This document shows positions 49,601 through 58,388 of a DNA stretch of 64,000 nucleotides, one piece after another. The notes beneath the pieces were generated by a model. The model was not told the origin of the DNA and searched no databases. It saw only the letters and a program-made list of their open reading frames with translations. The stretch is from IMG/VR virus record IMGVR_UViG_3300047564_005910, positions 1 through 64,000 of that record; one strand, 5' to 3'. This DNA comes from a virus. Every line of letters begins with the position of its first letter. The stretch's first letter is position 1. The translations under genes were made by a program, and so were the position numbers.

Positions 49601-51052
49601 TTTAGAAGTAAAAGTTTTTTCTAAGTCGGTAGATTCTAACCATTCAGTTTCTAAAACTTTATCATAAATTAGCTTATTATGTACTATACTTTTATTTGTA
49701 TGTGGTAAATTAAAGTTTTTATTTACGAGTTTGACCTCCGGGTTATATACATTTAAATACGTCGTATTAAAAAAGCTTGGTTTGTATGATGTTGCAGGTA
49801 TCATAAGCGTTGCGCTTAATGTAACTGCTCGCTTTTCCGGTGAATATATTTTTACAGAATCGAAAGCAAACCCCGCTACAGGTAGCCCCTGTATATTGTG
49901 CTTATAAAACCGTACAGGGATGTTTGGATATTCTTCAAGTATAACTTCTTCTTTAATAAAAAAATCAATTTTAACACTGGTTGGCGTAATAGAAGACAAA
50001 GAATAATTACCCCAAATACCCGTTAAAAACGCGCTAGATGTTTCTGCGGTTTTAATGGCTGATGATGTGTACGTATTAAACGTGTTTGTAACCTTTCTGT
50101 TTAAAGATAAGGATGGTGTATCAGAGTCTGGGTAAGAAAAATTTATTGTATCATTTTGTCGTTTTAAAATGTTAACGGGGTAATAGTCTACATTTTGTGG
50201 TGTATTTTTGTTTATTTTATAACCTTCTCTATTCCAAGCTAATGTTACTAAATACGGAATTTTTATTCCTGACCACTTTGTTTGGTAGATATTACTAATA
50301 ACCGTTTCTGAAATTTTTAAGTGTGTTGGTAGGGGTTTATCCGTGTACCAAAATGTTGCTTTTTGTATGGTGTTTTGAGTGCTGTTTAAACGATCGTTTT
50401 CTTGAGTGGTAGTTTTTAATGTAGCAAAAATTACTGTTGGTTGTTCTAAATACGGATCGTTAATACCTATATCTTCAGTAAAATAAAAGTTAACTGAACC
50501 TTTATAACCAATTAATATATTTTCAAAATATACAGGGGTATAATTTGTGGCAGTTAATTCTGTTACAACATTACCACTTAAATCATGAAACATCCATCGA
50601 GGAATTAATTGGTTCCAGGTTGGTTTAATTGGTGCATTATACGGGATTGATCTAGAATTATCAGCATATAGGGATATAACAGGGTCTCTTCCAGTTATAG
50701 TGGTTGTAAAGCTTACCTTTATAGGAGTATCTGTTTTTTGACCCGAACCAACAAAATAATCCGGTATGTGGTCAAAATATATTGTGTCACTTAAAAATTG
50801 ACGTACACTAACAGTAATAGTGGTGCTTTGTTGTTTATTTTCTTCGTCCCAAATAGTTAACCTAACAGTATAGGTACCACTATTAAAAAATTTATGCGTA
50901 ATTTTAGGGGTATTATGATACGAAGTACCGTCACTTATAACCCAAAGATATTTTTGTATAGAAGTATTTGTTACAGAGCGACTTTCAAATACAAATTCTG
51001 TAAAATTTGTATAGCCTGTTCTAAACTTTGTATATATAAGTGCTTGTAACAT
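46658..51052 (-). CDS. baseplate-associated protein with PKD and beta-propeller repeats (gp7 position)
   Basis: YLWVISDG...HKFFNSGTYTVRL PKD; DxxxNVW propeller repeats; directly follows gp6. Confidence 0.65.
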   Translation of the reverse strand: MLQALIYTKFRTGYTNFTEFVFESRSVTNTSIQKYLWVISDGTSYHNTPKITHKFFNSGTYTVRLTIWDEENKQQSTTITVSVRQFLSDTIYFDHIPDYFVGSGQKTDTPIKVSFTTTITGRDPVISLYADNSRSIPYNAPIKPTWNQLIPRWMFHDLSGNVVTELTATNYTPVYFENILIGYKGSVNFYFTEDIGINDPYLEQPTVIFATLKTTTQENDRLNSTQNTIQKATFWYTDKPLPTHLKISETVISNIYQTKWSGIKIPYLVTLAWNREGYKINKNTPQNVDYYPVNILKRQNDTINFSYPDSDTPSLSLNRKVTNTFNTYTSSAIKTAETSSAFLTGIWGNYSLSSITPTSVKIDFFIKEEVILEEYPNIPVRFYKHNIQGLPVAGFAFDSVKIYSPEKRAVTLSATLMIPATSYKPSFFNTTYLNVYNPEVKLVNKNFNLPHTNKSIVHNKLIYDKVLETEWLESTDLEKTFTSKTTAYPTLNTPHSVAYDPVDRIYWVADPDTNNIYRLNKDHQVLTAISLMSYFDTDPRYLNKNKRPFDRSAPLQVKLDKNRDVWVSFYDELRLIKLNRDGDILFRTAHTSINKDAPPVSEPLKERNLSVYSLIDTDSQNNIWSTHTEYLYNELRKYSSTGSLLSTIILPTIYNPTSIYIDRKDNVWLTVAVTPYLIKPSQDRYGHYWDWFNLRPSKNAPLRWRDTRFVGLTNWVVEREIYPAGMYPKTWNREAFNGESLKTNYTFSVSYSARTSPVSSLSSIMPDITARGVDYRFEIMRLSSITTPFLSTFVAHIPVSGINVVTSLETQSIIPPITANIIMTIPSYINRYWPGLYNTETDYITAGTRIMIEVPQQRKAYNYLPKSLGYGTTRVNRPSAITTNPLNSATTIQRVTAMNPSYDVVYLEGNRALILFTATLDEQLRSATYPVSALPLASIIPGYVPGLFFRIYNFDYYTQNVYSFANTFTEYANYRYNTITTSSGTNISTNFFTSPLYASENDLTTNQISSINDPITSVRQVIPGNYGSIYCFNSAGDLVKNYTKKFERPESIISDNTNKIWFTHNYNHFTVLDPVTDYYQTWKIDTDTGYIFTVTKILSSELEPNSTTNKEHVFNNGIRGLHVDMFNRIWLVSNDKQKIYTFYAPNLTKNYRSYNANLRNSLNERHRLTQSFGDPTGNVWFQKYVIPEVEKTSMYLLTGQSNTFTVNPLQNQHYYRVKNESFDAAEQIRSYALPEILNQNTVLFEDFFGSILGNVDDSRENIGRVLFEKIANFTRYHSDIDYANIDGLYSLGQMLDVEIEQGLSKLKLPAEIKRLINTVSIPFKKLFGYSAKNTELSTAYLEPINTTYSFVTAGEILLIKEPITRSQFTYIVPVSTNSAGFFLSTDTPIPYSILKIPQLQDYMFDVLEIYRVTYSNTNNLNNTFIDWNNPSTVLLSSTQVNDWYKDEGVVEEMFNYVLTKNLLT

Positions 51053-51056
51053 GATT

Positions 51057-52880
51057 CTAGTATTCTAGAACTTGATACGTTATATTTTTTGTTTCAAGCT
51101 CAACTTTATTTACAATATAATCAATGTTGTAAAAGTACACAAACTCAAAATCTTTTACTTTATAGTTAGTACTAACAACTTGTTTATCTCTTTCCGGGTA
51201 TGTTGGGTTCCAAACAAAAAACGATAAACCTGATGTAATAATTGTTTGTTCGTCTTCTGTTACTCTTTGTGTGTAAACATCAGACACCCCATCGATAGAA
51301 ACGATATCACTATATAGCTGTCTTAAGTCGAGCAATTCCCCGAACATTCTACTGGATGTAAAGAAACTTTTAATAACCTCTATTACCCTATTTTTAATAT
51401 AACTATCATCTATAGCTACATTTAGATCTCTTTTTATAACTAATTTACAGCTTTGTTCATTTTCTAAGTCAATATCCCCAAAAGTATTTGTTACGCCAAA
51501 TGTTATAGCTTTATAAACAGGGTCTACAAAAACAATTTCTGAGGTTGAAGTTTTACGTTCTTGTAATGCATCGATTATTAATTGTTTTAAACTAGGTTGT
51601 ACAAAGTTAACTGTACCGTTTTGTAGTCTTGGGGCTAATAAGATATAAATGTTGTTAAAATTACATGAATCTGCAAAATAAATTTGATTAAAAAGCGGTC
51701 TATCGGTTTTATCTAAATCTTGTAACCCGATATCTTTATAGTACTTCAAATACGTTGTTAGGTAGGTCCAGTTGTTTATAACTTTTACATCCGTTAAGAG
51801 GTAAGAGTATCTTTCTCTTATAAAAGATTCATAATCAGTTAGAGAGACAAGTCTGTTAGCAGACCGAAAACTTTTTGGTGCGTTTGTACGAATTTCTTCA
51901 ACGTCTTCTGCAGATGAAAATGGAGTCGATCCTTGCGGGTTTGATAGAATAAAGTTATTTGCTAAATTTGAATTTAAGCTATTAAGTTGTTGTTTTTGGG
52001 TGTCATTGTATACCTGATTAAACAACGGGGTATTAAAGATGTTTAATGATGTTTGGCGTAATGCGTAAGGACCGACCTCACCTAATTTACCGGTGCTTGC
52101 TAAATAATAAACCTGTACAATATCTCCTTCGTTTAGTTTATTACCGTATATGCTATTACCAAATTTTAATTCTATTTGTTTATATTCGTTTACTCTTGGT
52201 TCGAATACCATAGACGTATTTGTTTCGTAAAAAATGTTAGCAGTACGTTCATATTTTATATATGAATTTTGAGCTTTAGGTTTTATATAAACGTCTAAAT
52301 TATTGTAATCAACAATATCTTTAGTATTAATTACAAACGTTTCAAAATTTTCCCCTGTAGCTACAAACGCTGGGTGTTCAATCCAAGTACCTTCAAATAA
52401 AAGTTTACGTCGGGATAAGTCTTCTAAATAAACAACTCCTTCTTGTGGTTTGTAAAAATTTACATCTTCAACAAACGAATAACGAGTACGGTTTGTAAAA
52501 ACATAACTATAACGAGGTATAGTGTAGCTACCTATAGGTAAAAAGCTTTTAGCTGATGCTTCAAAAGAAAGAGTTGCTGTCTGATCCCCTACAGGTTTGT
52601 AATTAATAAGTTTTACAATACGATTTATATTTTCATATAACTCCGCTTCAGAAAACAATGTTTCGGTGGAAGTTTTATTTAGGTAATATATTAATGTATG
52701 ATAAGAATACGATATGATATCAATAATTGAAGCAAGATTACTACCTATATAGTTTTGATCTGTAAAATTACTGTTTTCACTTAATCTGTCTATGATTAAC
52801 TGTCTTAATGATAGAGCGTCAAACGCAGCGTAGCCGTTTTTAGGGATTGTAAAGTCTGATTGTATTTGCTGATCTTTCAT
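51057..52880 (-). CDS. baseplate wedge subunit, T4 gp6-like
   Basis: FTDQNYIGSNL, NINRIVKLINYKP, LKFGNSIYG, EEIRTNAPKSFRSANRLVSLTDYE. Confidence 0.9.
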   Translation of the reverse strand: MKDQQIQSDFTIPKNGYAAFDALSLRQLIIDRLSENSNFTDQNYIGSNLASIIDIISYSYHTLIYYLNKTSTETLFSEAELYENINRIVKLINYKPVGDQTATLSFEASAKSFLPIGSYTIPRYSYVFTNRTRYSFVEDVNFYKPQEGVVYLEDLSRRKLLFEGTWIEHPAFVATGENFETFVINTKDIVDYNNLDVYIKPKAQNSYIKYERTANIFYETNTSMVFEPRVNEYKQIELKFGNSIYGNKLNEGDIVQVYYLASTGKLGEVGPYALRQTSLNIFNTPLFNQVYNDTQKQQLNSLNSNLANNFILSNPQGSTPFSSAEDVEEIRTNAPKSFRSANRLVSLTDYESFIRERYSYLLTDVKVINNWTYLTTYLKYYKDIGLQDLDKTDRPLFNQIYFADSCNFNNIYILLAPRLQNGTVNFVQPSLKQLIIDALQERKTSTSEIVFVDPVYKAITFGVTNTFGDIDLENEQSCKLVIKRDLNVAIDDSYIKNRVIEVIKSFFTSSRMFGELLDLRQLYSDIVSIDGVSDVYTQRVTEDEQTIITSGLSFFVWNPTYPERDKQVVSTNYKVKDFEFVYFYNIDYIVNKVELETKNITYQVLEY

Positions 52881-52885
52881 GTTTG

Positions 52886-53383
52886 TTATTTGTTACGAGA
52901 TGTAGGTATAGAAATTATTGATTGACGTTTTAAGTCAAAGTTATAAAGTGTTTCAAAATTGGTTCTAAGTACAGGTATTTCTAAAAATATTGATATTATA
53001 TAAGCATTTTCATCAGGCTTACCATCTACTATTATTTTTCTTACAATAACTCTTGGTTCAAATTTTTTAATAGCTGTGTGCATTTTGTTACCTATCATTT
53101 GAGCTGTTGTTTCAGTTATAGGTTCGAACAAAAACTGATATAAATCTAAGCCATATTCCGGAAACAAGAATCTTTGTCCCGGTAGAGTATTGAAAAGATT
53201 TGTTAGAGAGTTAATAATAGCTTTTGTATCAAAACTAGCTTGAATATCGGAACCAGGAACCGAGTTTTCGAAGCCCGGTTGTATTATTTTTGTTTGAGAA
53301 ACATCTAAGGTTAAATCTTTATAAAAGAAGTCCGTATTGATCTCGGTTGCTATTTTTTCAAGAGTCTGTATTTTGATAGCCAT
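52886..53383 (-). CDS. baseplate wedge subunit, T4 gp25-like
   Basis: AIINSLTNLFNTLPGQRFLFPEYG...FEPRV. Confidence 0.9.
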   Translation of the reverse strand: MAIKIQTLEKIATEINTDFFYKDLTLDVSQTKIIQPGFENSVPGSDIQASFDTKAIINSLTNLFNTLPGQRFLFPEYGLDLYQFLFEPITETTAQMIGNKMHTAIKKFEPRVIVRKIIVDGKPDENAYIISIFLEIPVLRTNFETLYNFDLKRQSIISIPTSRNK

Positions 53384-53421
53384 TTTACACTATTATTTAG
53401 GGCTAGAACACATAAATAATA

Positions 53422-53985
53422 ATGATTCACATGGAAACACAATTTAATCTTTTATACGAGAATTTACTAGAACGTTATCAACAAGGTGGGTATCTAATCG
53501 GGGATCGTGTTAGATTTCGCAAAGATTGTCTTAATCTTGAGTTCTTTAAAGGTAAGGCTAAAGGGTTTATTGATTTAATAAGAAGTTGTATGGATGAAAA
53601 CTTTGATCTTAATTTAAGAATTAGTGCTCTAAAAAGTATTTACCCTACAACAACCCAAAACTATCGCGGCGGGACTGAATCTCCAGATTGTGTCTACGCT
53701 GATGTAATAATAGAGTACGCCCCTGGTTTATATCGCAACCCGATGACAGTACCTATTGAATCGTTTGAATTAATGGAAGATGGCGTTAATACAGGGCCAG
53801 TACCTGATAGTATTAAGCGTAAAGGAGATATCGATATTAAACCAGTACCGGTTAGTACAAAAGGTACAGAAAATTTTGAAGTAAATCTCACTAACAAAAA
53901 TACACAATTGCCAGGGGGTAGTAGATACAACGATTCAAAGCCATCGGCTAATTGGAAACCTCTTCCAAAGAATAAAAAGCACTAA
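53422..53985 (+). CDS. hypothetical protein, putative head-packaged
   Basis: METQFNLLYENLLE leader; TAAATA upstream. Confidence 0.6.
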   Translation: MIHMETQFNLLYENLLERYQQGGYLIGDRVRFRKDCLNLEFFKGKAKGFIDLIRSCMDENFDLNLRISALKSIYPTTTQNYRGGTESPDCVYADVIIEYAPGLYRNPMTVPIESFELMEDGVNTGPVPDSIKRKGDIDIKPVPVSTKGTENFEVNLTNKNTQLPGGSRYNDSKPSANWKPLPKNKKH

Positions 53986-54040
53986 TATTTGTAGCAATTC
54001 TAGCTTTTGTGGCTAAACTGGCATAAATTAATTTACATTT

Positions 54041-56029
54041 ATGGCTACATACGTTTCTGATCTTTTACCCGAACCATTTTTAAAGCAGTACCAAGATAAA
54101 ACACCACCATGGGGTTTTAATGGGTTAGGTTATATAGTGTATAAAAGAACATACGCTCGTAAATTAGAGGGTACAGATCAAACGGAAGAATGGTGGCAGA
54201 CAGTGGCTCGTTGTATTAATGGAGCACAAGAAATTGGAGCTGATTATACTCAGGCTGAAGCACAAAGGTTATACGACCTTATTTTTAATCTTAAATGCAA
54301 TTTTGCAGGGCGTATGCTTTGGCAGCTTGGTACAGAGACTGTAAAAAAGTTTGGTGCTAATTCATTACTGAATTGCTGGTATGTATCTATTAATGACCCA
54401 AAGACTTTTCTTTTTATATTTGAAAACTTAATGCTTGGTGGTGGTGTTGGCTTCTCTATTCGTAGAGAAGATATTCATGAACTACCTAAGATTAAAAAAG
54501 GAGTAACTGTAGAACATCAATGTACTAAAGACGCAGATTTTATTGTACCTGATTCTCGTTCAGGGTGGGTTGAATTACTTCGTAAGGTGCTAGAGGCATA
54601 TTATAATACCGGTAAATCATTTTCTTATTCCACTATTCTCATAAGAGGGGCCGGTGAAAGAATAACCGGTTTTGGTGGAACAGCATCTGGACCGGGTATT
54701 TTAATTGAAGGTATCGGTAAAATTTCTCAAATACTTCAACAAAGAGAAGGTAAAAAACTTCGCTCTACCGATGTATTAGATATCTGTAATATAATTGGTT
54801 CGATTGTAGTTGCTGGAAACGTAAGACGCTCAGCACAAATAGCTTTAGGTGACCCTGATGATTATCTCTATCTTAGAGCTAAAAACTGGTCATTAGGTAA
54901 TATTCCAAACTGGAGAGCTATGTCTAATAACACGATATATGCCGATGACTTTTCCCATATTTCTAGTGAAATATGGTCTAACGGTTACGTAACTGATAAA
55001 GAAACAGGGTTTGCAAAAGGGGAACCGTATGGATTCTTTAATTTGCCTTTATCTCAAAAATATGGCCGCCTTAAAGACGGGCAAATGAAAAAGTCTAAAC
55101 TTTATCCTACTGATGAAGATAATGTTTTGGGTACTAATCCTTGTGCAGAAATTTCATTAAATTCCTATGAATGTTGCAACCTTTCAGAACTTTATCTAAA
55201 CAATATTACTTCTGCAGAAGAGTTGGTAGAATGCGCAACACTTCTTTATAAAACACAAAAAGCAACTGCGGCAATGCCGTTTATACACGACGAAACAAAT
55301 AAAATCGTTCATAAAAACATGAGATTGGGTCTCGGTGTTACAGGTATTTGTCAGTGTACTGATGAAAAAATAGAGTGGTTAGACAAAGGGTACGAAGCTT
55401 TACGTAAGTTTGATAAAGAATGGTCTAAACACAAGGGATACCCTGAATCTATTAAGTTAACCACTGTTAAACCTTCAGGTACTCTATCCCTTCTTGCAGG
55501 GTCAACACCCGGGGTACACCCGGCTTATTCGCCATTTTATATTCGCCGAGTAAGAATGGGATCTGGGGATAAACTTGTAAATATCTGTCGAGATCTTGGG
55601 TATCATGTTGAATTTGTTCGTGGCTTTGATGGTAAAGAAGATCATTCGACCATAGTTGTTGAGTTTCCGTGTTATGCGGGCGGTAATTGTGTTGTAGCTA
55701 AAAATATGACCGCAGTACAGCAGCTTGACCTTGTTAAAAAACTTCAAACTTACTGGTCTGATAATGCCGTATCAGTAACTGTATATTACAGACAGGATGA
55801 ACTTGAAGAAATTAAAGCTTGGTTGGAAGTAAATTATGAAACATCAATAAAATCAGTTTCATTTTTACTACACAACGAACACGGGTTTGCTCAAGCCCCG
55901 TACGAAGAAATAACTGAAGAAGAGTATAATAAGTCTGTTGAGAGGGTTAAATCAATAACTACAATCAATATCGGGCAAGGGGAAATTGAAAGTATGGAAT
56001 GTGTTGGCGGGGTTTGCCCTATTAAATAG
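54041..56029 (+). CDS. nrdJ: class II (adenosylcobalamin-dependent) ribonucleotide reductase, RTPR type
   Basis: YKRTYAR, LLNC, GGGVG, VAGNVRRSA, TNPCAE, TTVKPSGT, C-terminal CVGGVCPIK. Confidence 0.95.
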   Translation: MATYVSDLLPEPFLKQYQDKTPPWGFNGLGYIVYKRTYARKLEGTDQTEEWWQTVARCINGAQEIGADYTQAEAQRLYDLIFNLKCNFAGRMLWQLGTETVKKFGANSLLNCWYVSINDPKTFLFIFENLMLGGGVGFSIRREDIHELPKIKKGVTVEHQCTKDADFIVPDSRSGWVELLRKVLEAYYNTGKSFSYSTILIRGAGERITGFGGTASGPGILIEGIGKISQILQQREGKKLRSTDVLDICNIIGSIVVAGNVRRSAQIALGDPDDYLYLRAKNWSLGNIPNWRAMSNNTIYADDFSHISSEIWSNGYVTDKETGFAKGEPYGFFNLPLSQKYGRLKDGQMKKSKLYPTDEDNVLGTNPCAEISLNSYECCNLSELYLNNITSAEELVECATLLYKTQKATAAMPFIHDETNKIVHKNMRLGLGVTGICQCTDEKIEWLDKGYEALRKFDKEWSKHKGYPESIKLTTVKPSGTLSLLAGSTPGVHPAYSPFYIRRVRMGSGDKLVNICRDLGYHVEFVRGFDGKEDHSTIVVEFPCYAGGNCVVAKNMTAVQQLDLVKKLQTYWSDNAVSVTVYYRQDELEEIKAWLEVNYETSIKSVSFLLHNEHGFAQAPYEEITEEEYNKSVERVKSITTINIGQGEIESMECVGGVCPIK

Positions 56030-56525
56030 TTTCTTCGCTAATAACTTCACTATCTAAAATAGTTATAGGCTCAACTTCTTTTTCAGCTTCTAATAACTGT
56101 TTAATAATTTCTTCCCGGGAAGCGATTAAAACATTTGTATTATTAGTAACATTATTATTTGGTAACATACCAGCAACCGCTTTACGGCCTGCTATATCAA
56201 TTTCTTTTAATTCTCTATCGGTTTTTGCTTTCTTGTTTTGTAGATTAATACGATTTAACGCTTCCAATGCTTTAGTTGTCGAAGATATAAGTTCTGATAA
56301 GGCTGCTATTTCATCAGGGTTTTGTCCTTGTACTATAAAATCTTTTAAATCTTCTACCGCCCCTAAGCCTGAGTTAATTAACTTACTGGCTTTTTTAAGT
56401 ATAAATTCGTTTATATTTTCGTCTGTTAAATCGTTATTTTGTTCTGCTCTAACAGGTTTTTGAGTATTTGTCGGTAACTGAAAACTAGACAATTCATCTA
56501 GTAATGTGTTTAAATCATCTGACAT
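56022..56525 (-). CDS. terminase small subunit, T4 gp16-like
   Basis: PDEIAALSELISS...LQNKK...NVTNNTNVLIASREEIIKQL resembles the gp16 pattern. Confidence 0.6.
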   Translation of the reverse strand: MSDDLNTLLDELSSFQLPTNTQKPVRAEQNNDLTDENINEFILKKASKLINSGLGAVEDLKDFIVQGQNPDEIAALSELISSTTKALEALNRINLQNKKAKTDRELKEIDIAGRKAVAGMLPNNNVTNNTNVLIASREEIIKQLLEAEKEVEPITILDSEVISEETI

Positions 56526-56582
56526 AAAATTAATTAAGGTAAAAGTTGAATCTTTTATACAAGGTTGTATAATATATAAATT

Positions 56583-56750
56583 ATGGAAATTATAGTCAAC
56601 ACCTTATATGGTACTTATATTGTACCAGCAAGTAAAGCAGATCAATTAGTAGCGTGGCTGCAACAAAACGCTGTGAAGCAAGGTCAGCAACCTATCGGTG
56701 AAATAAAACAAGACGGAAATTACTTAGGTAAACAGCTTATTAATGAATAA
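56583..56750 (+). CDS. small hypothetical protein (55 aa, not in the ORF track)
   Basis: MEIIVNTLYGTYIVP...KQLINE*; TTGAAT-16-TATAAT at 56546-56573; overlaps the dut start. Confidence 0.6.
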   Translation: MEIIVNTLYGTYIVPASKADQLVAWLQQNAVKQGQQPIGEIKQDGNYLGKQLINE

Positions 56751-57246
56751 TTCATTTACAACATATACATCTCCACAATACGATCCTAAATCGTTAGATC
56801 TTAGTAGTTGGAAAATAAAGTTTTTAAAAACACATACAGACGCTATTTTACCAGAAAGAAAGCATGACGATACGTTTACCGGGGATAGCGGATACGACGT
56901 AACAGCGGTAGAAGATAAAATTATTCCTGCAAGAGGAGCAGCTATCGTCGAGGTTGGCCTAAAGTTAGCTTATGTTCCTCCTGGTTTGTGGATACGGGTA
57001 GAAAGTAGATCCGGGCTGCAATTTAAACACGGAATATCTGCTTTTAACGGTATTATTGATAACTCATATCGTGGGGATTGCGGTATTCGTTTAATAAACA
57101 ATAGCGACAAAGACTATGAAGTAAAAAAGGGTGACCGTATAGCTCAATTTGTAGTCTATACTTTAGTAGCTCCGCAAACAGACTGGGCAGAAGAAGTACA
57201 AGAAACTGTGCGCGGGGAAAAAGGTTTTGGAAGTAGCGGTCGTTGA
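56743..57246 (+). CDS. dut: trimeric dUTPase
   Basis: SGYD, RSG, GIIDNSYRG, GDRIAQ, RGEKGFGSSG. Confidence 0.96.
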   Translation: MNNSFTTYTSPQYDPKSLDLSSWKIKFLKTHTDAILPERKHDDTFTGDSGYDVTAVEDKIIPARGAAIVEVGLKLAYVPPGLWIRVESRSGLQFKHGISAFNGIIDNSYRGDCGIRLINNSDKDYEVKKGDRIAQFVVYTLVAPQTDWAEEVQETVRGEKGFGSSGR

Positions 57247-57261
57247 TAGTATAATACAACT

Positions 57262-58182
57262 ATGTTTGATAACCTGTATATTGAGAGATATCGCCCTAAA
57301 ACTTTAGACGATATTATTTTAACTAAAGAAGAAAAAAATTACTTTCTCTCTTTAAAAGACAAGAAAGAAATACCTCATCTTCTTTTTACAGGTTCGCCCG
57401 GGACAGGTAAAACGTCTTTAGCAAAAATATTGGTAACGGACGTCTTAAATTGTCAATACCTTTACATTAATGCTTCAGATGAGAATGGTATTGATACTAT
57501 TAGAAGTAAAGTTATAGGGTTTTCTCAAACAAAGTCCTTTGATGGGGGCTTGAAGGTTGTCTTGTTTGATGAGTGCGATTCTATAACGTTTGATGCACAA
57601 AAAGCCTTAAGAAATGTTATAGAAGAATATTCGTCTAATACTCGTTTTATTTTTACTTGTAACTATCTTTTTAAGATTATACCGGCTTTAAAATCTAGAT
57701 GTCAAGTTTTTGAATTTGCACCACCTATAGATTTGATAGTCGGTCGGGTATCTGAGATTCTCAAGACAGAAAAAATAACAGTGCCGGAGACTGAAAAAGG
57801 TAAACTAATTGAATTAGTAAGAAAAAATTACCCAGATATTAGACGTATAATTAACGACGTACAAAAATATTCGTATTCAGGATCTTTACTGATAAAAGAA
57901 AAACAAATAACAACTCTTACAGATAAAATAGTAACTTCAGTTCTTACTAAACAAAACCTATTTAGTTTACGTAAACAGATTATAGAAAATGAAGTTGAGT
58001 TTTCGAGTGACTATCATTTTCTATTAAAAGAAATGTTTGAGTGTATTTTTAATAAAGAAATCCCGGAAGATAAAAAAACTAATCTTCTTTTAACTATTTC
58101 TGAAGCGATGTATCAAGACGCTCTTGTTGTTGATAAAGAAATAAACTGGTTTAGTTGTTGTTTAAAACTTTCTTCTTACTAG
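57262..58182 (+). CDS. clamp loader ATPase subunit (T4 gp44 / RFC small)
   Basis: ERYRP, GSPGTGKT, INASDENGID, DECD, SRC. Confidence 0.95.
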   Translation: MFDNLYIERYRPKTLDDIILTKEEKNYFLSLKDKKEIPHLLFTGSPGTGKTSLAKILVTDVLNCQYLYINASDENGIDTIRSKVIGFSQTKSFDGGLKVVLFDECDSITFDAQKALRNVIEEYSSNTRFIFTCNYLFKIIPALKSRCQVFEFAPPIDLIVGRVSEILKTEKITVPETEKGKLIELVRKNYPDIRRIINDVQKYSYSGSLLIKEKQITTLTDKIVTSVLTKQNLFSLRKQIIENEVEFSSDYHFLLKEMFECIFNKEIPEDKKTNLLLTISEAMYQDALVVDKEINWFSCCLKLSSY

Positions 58183-58385
58183 CGGCCACAACATCTACTT
58201 GTTGGAGCTGCAGCTTCTTGAGTAGATGTTTGTGTTTGCTGAGTAATAAACCCTTGTACTGCCGCAGCTGCGGCTTGATGAGAGTCATATAAACCTGTTA
58301 AATGTACAGGGGTACCGGTATTAGAGTCTTTAACAACCCCGCATATTTTATTATTTACAACTTCGTACTCTACAATATATGTCAT
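58179..58385 (-). CDS. hypothetical protein
   Basis: 68 aa ending SRCCGR. Confidence 0.55.
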   Translation of the reverse strand: MTYIVEYEVVNNKICGVVKDSNTGTPVHLTGLYDSHQAAAAAVQGFITQQTQTSTQEAAAPTSRCCGR

Positions 58386-58388
58386 GTT

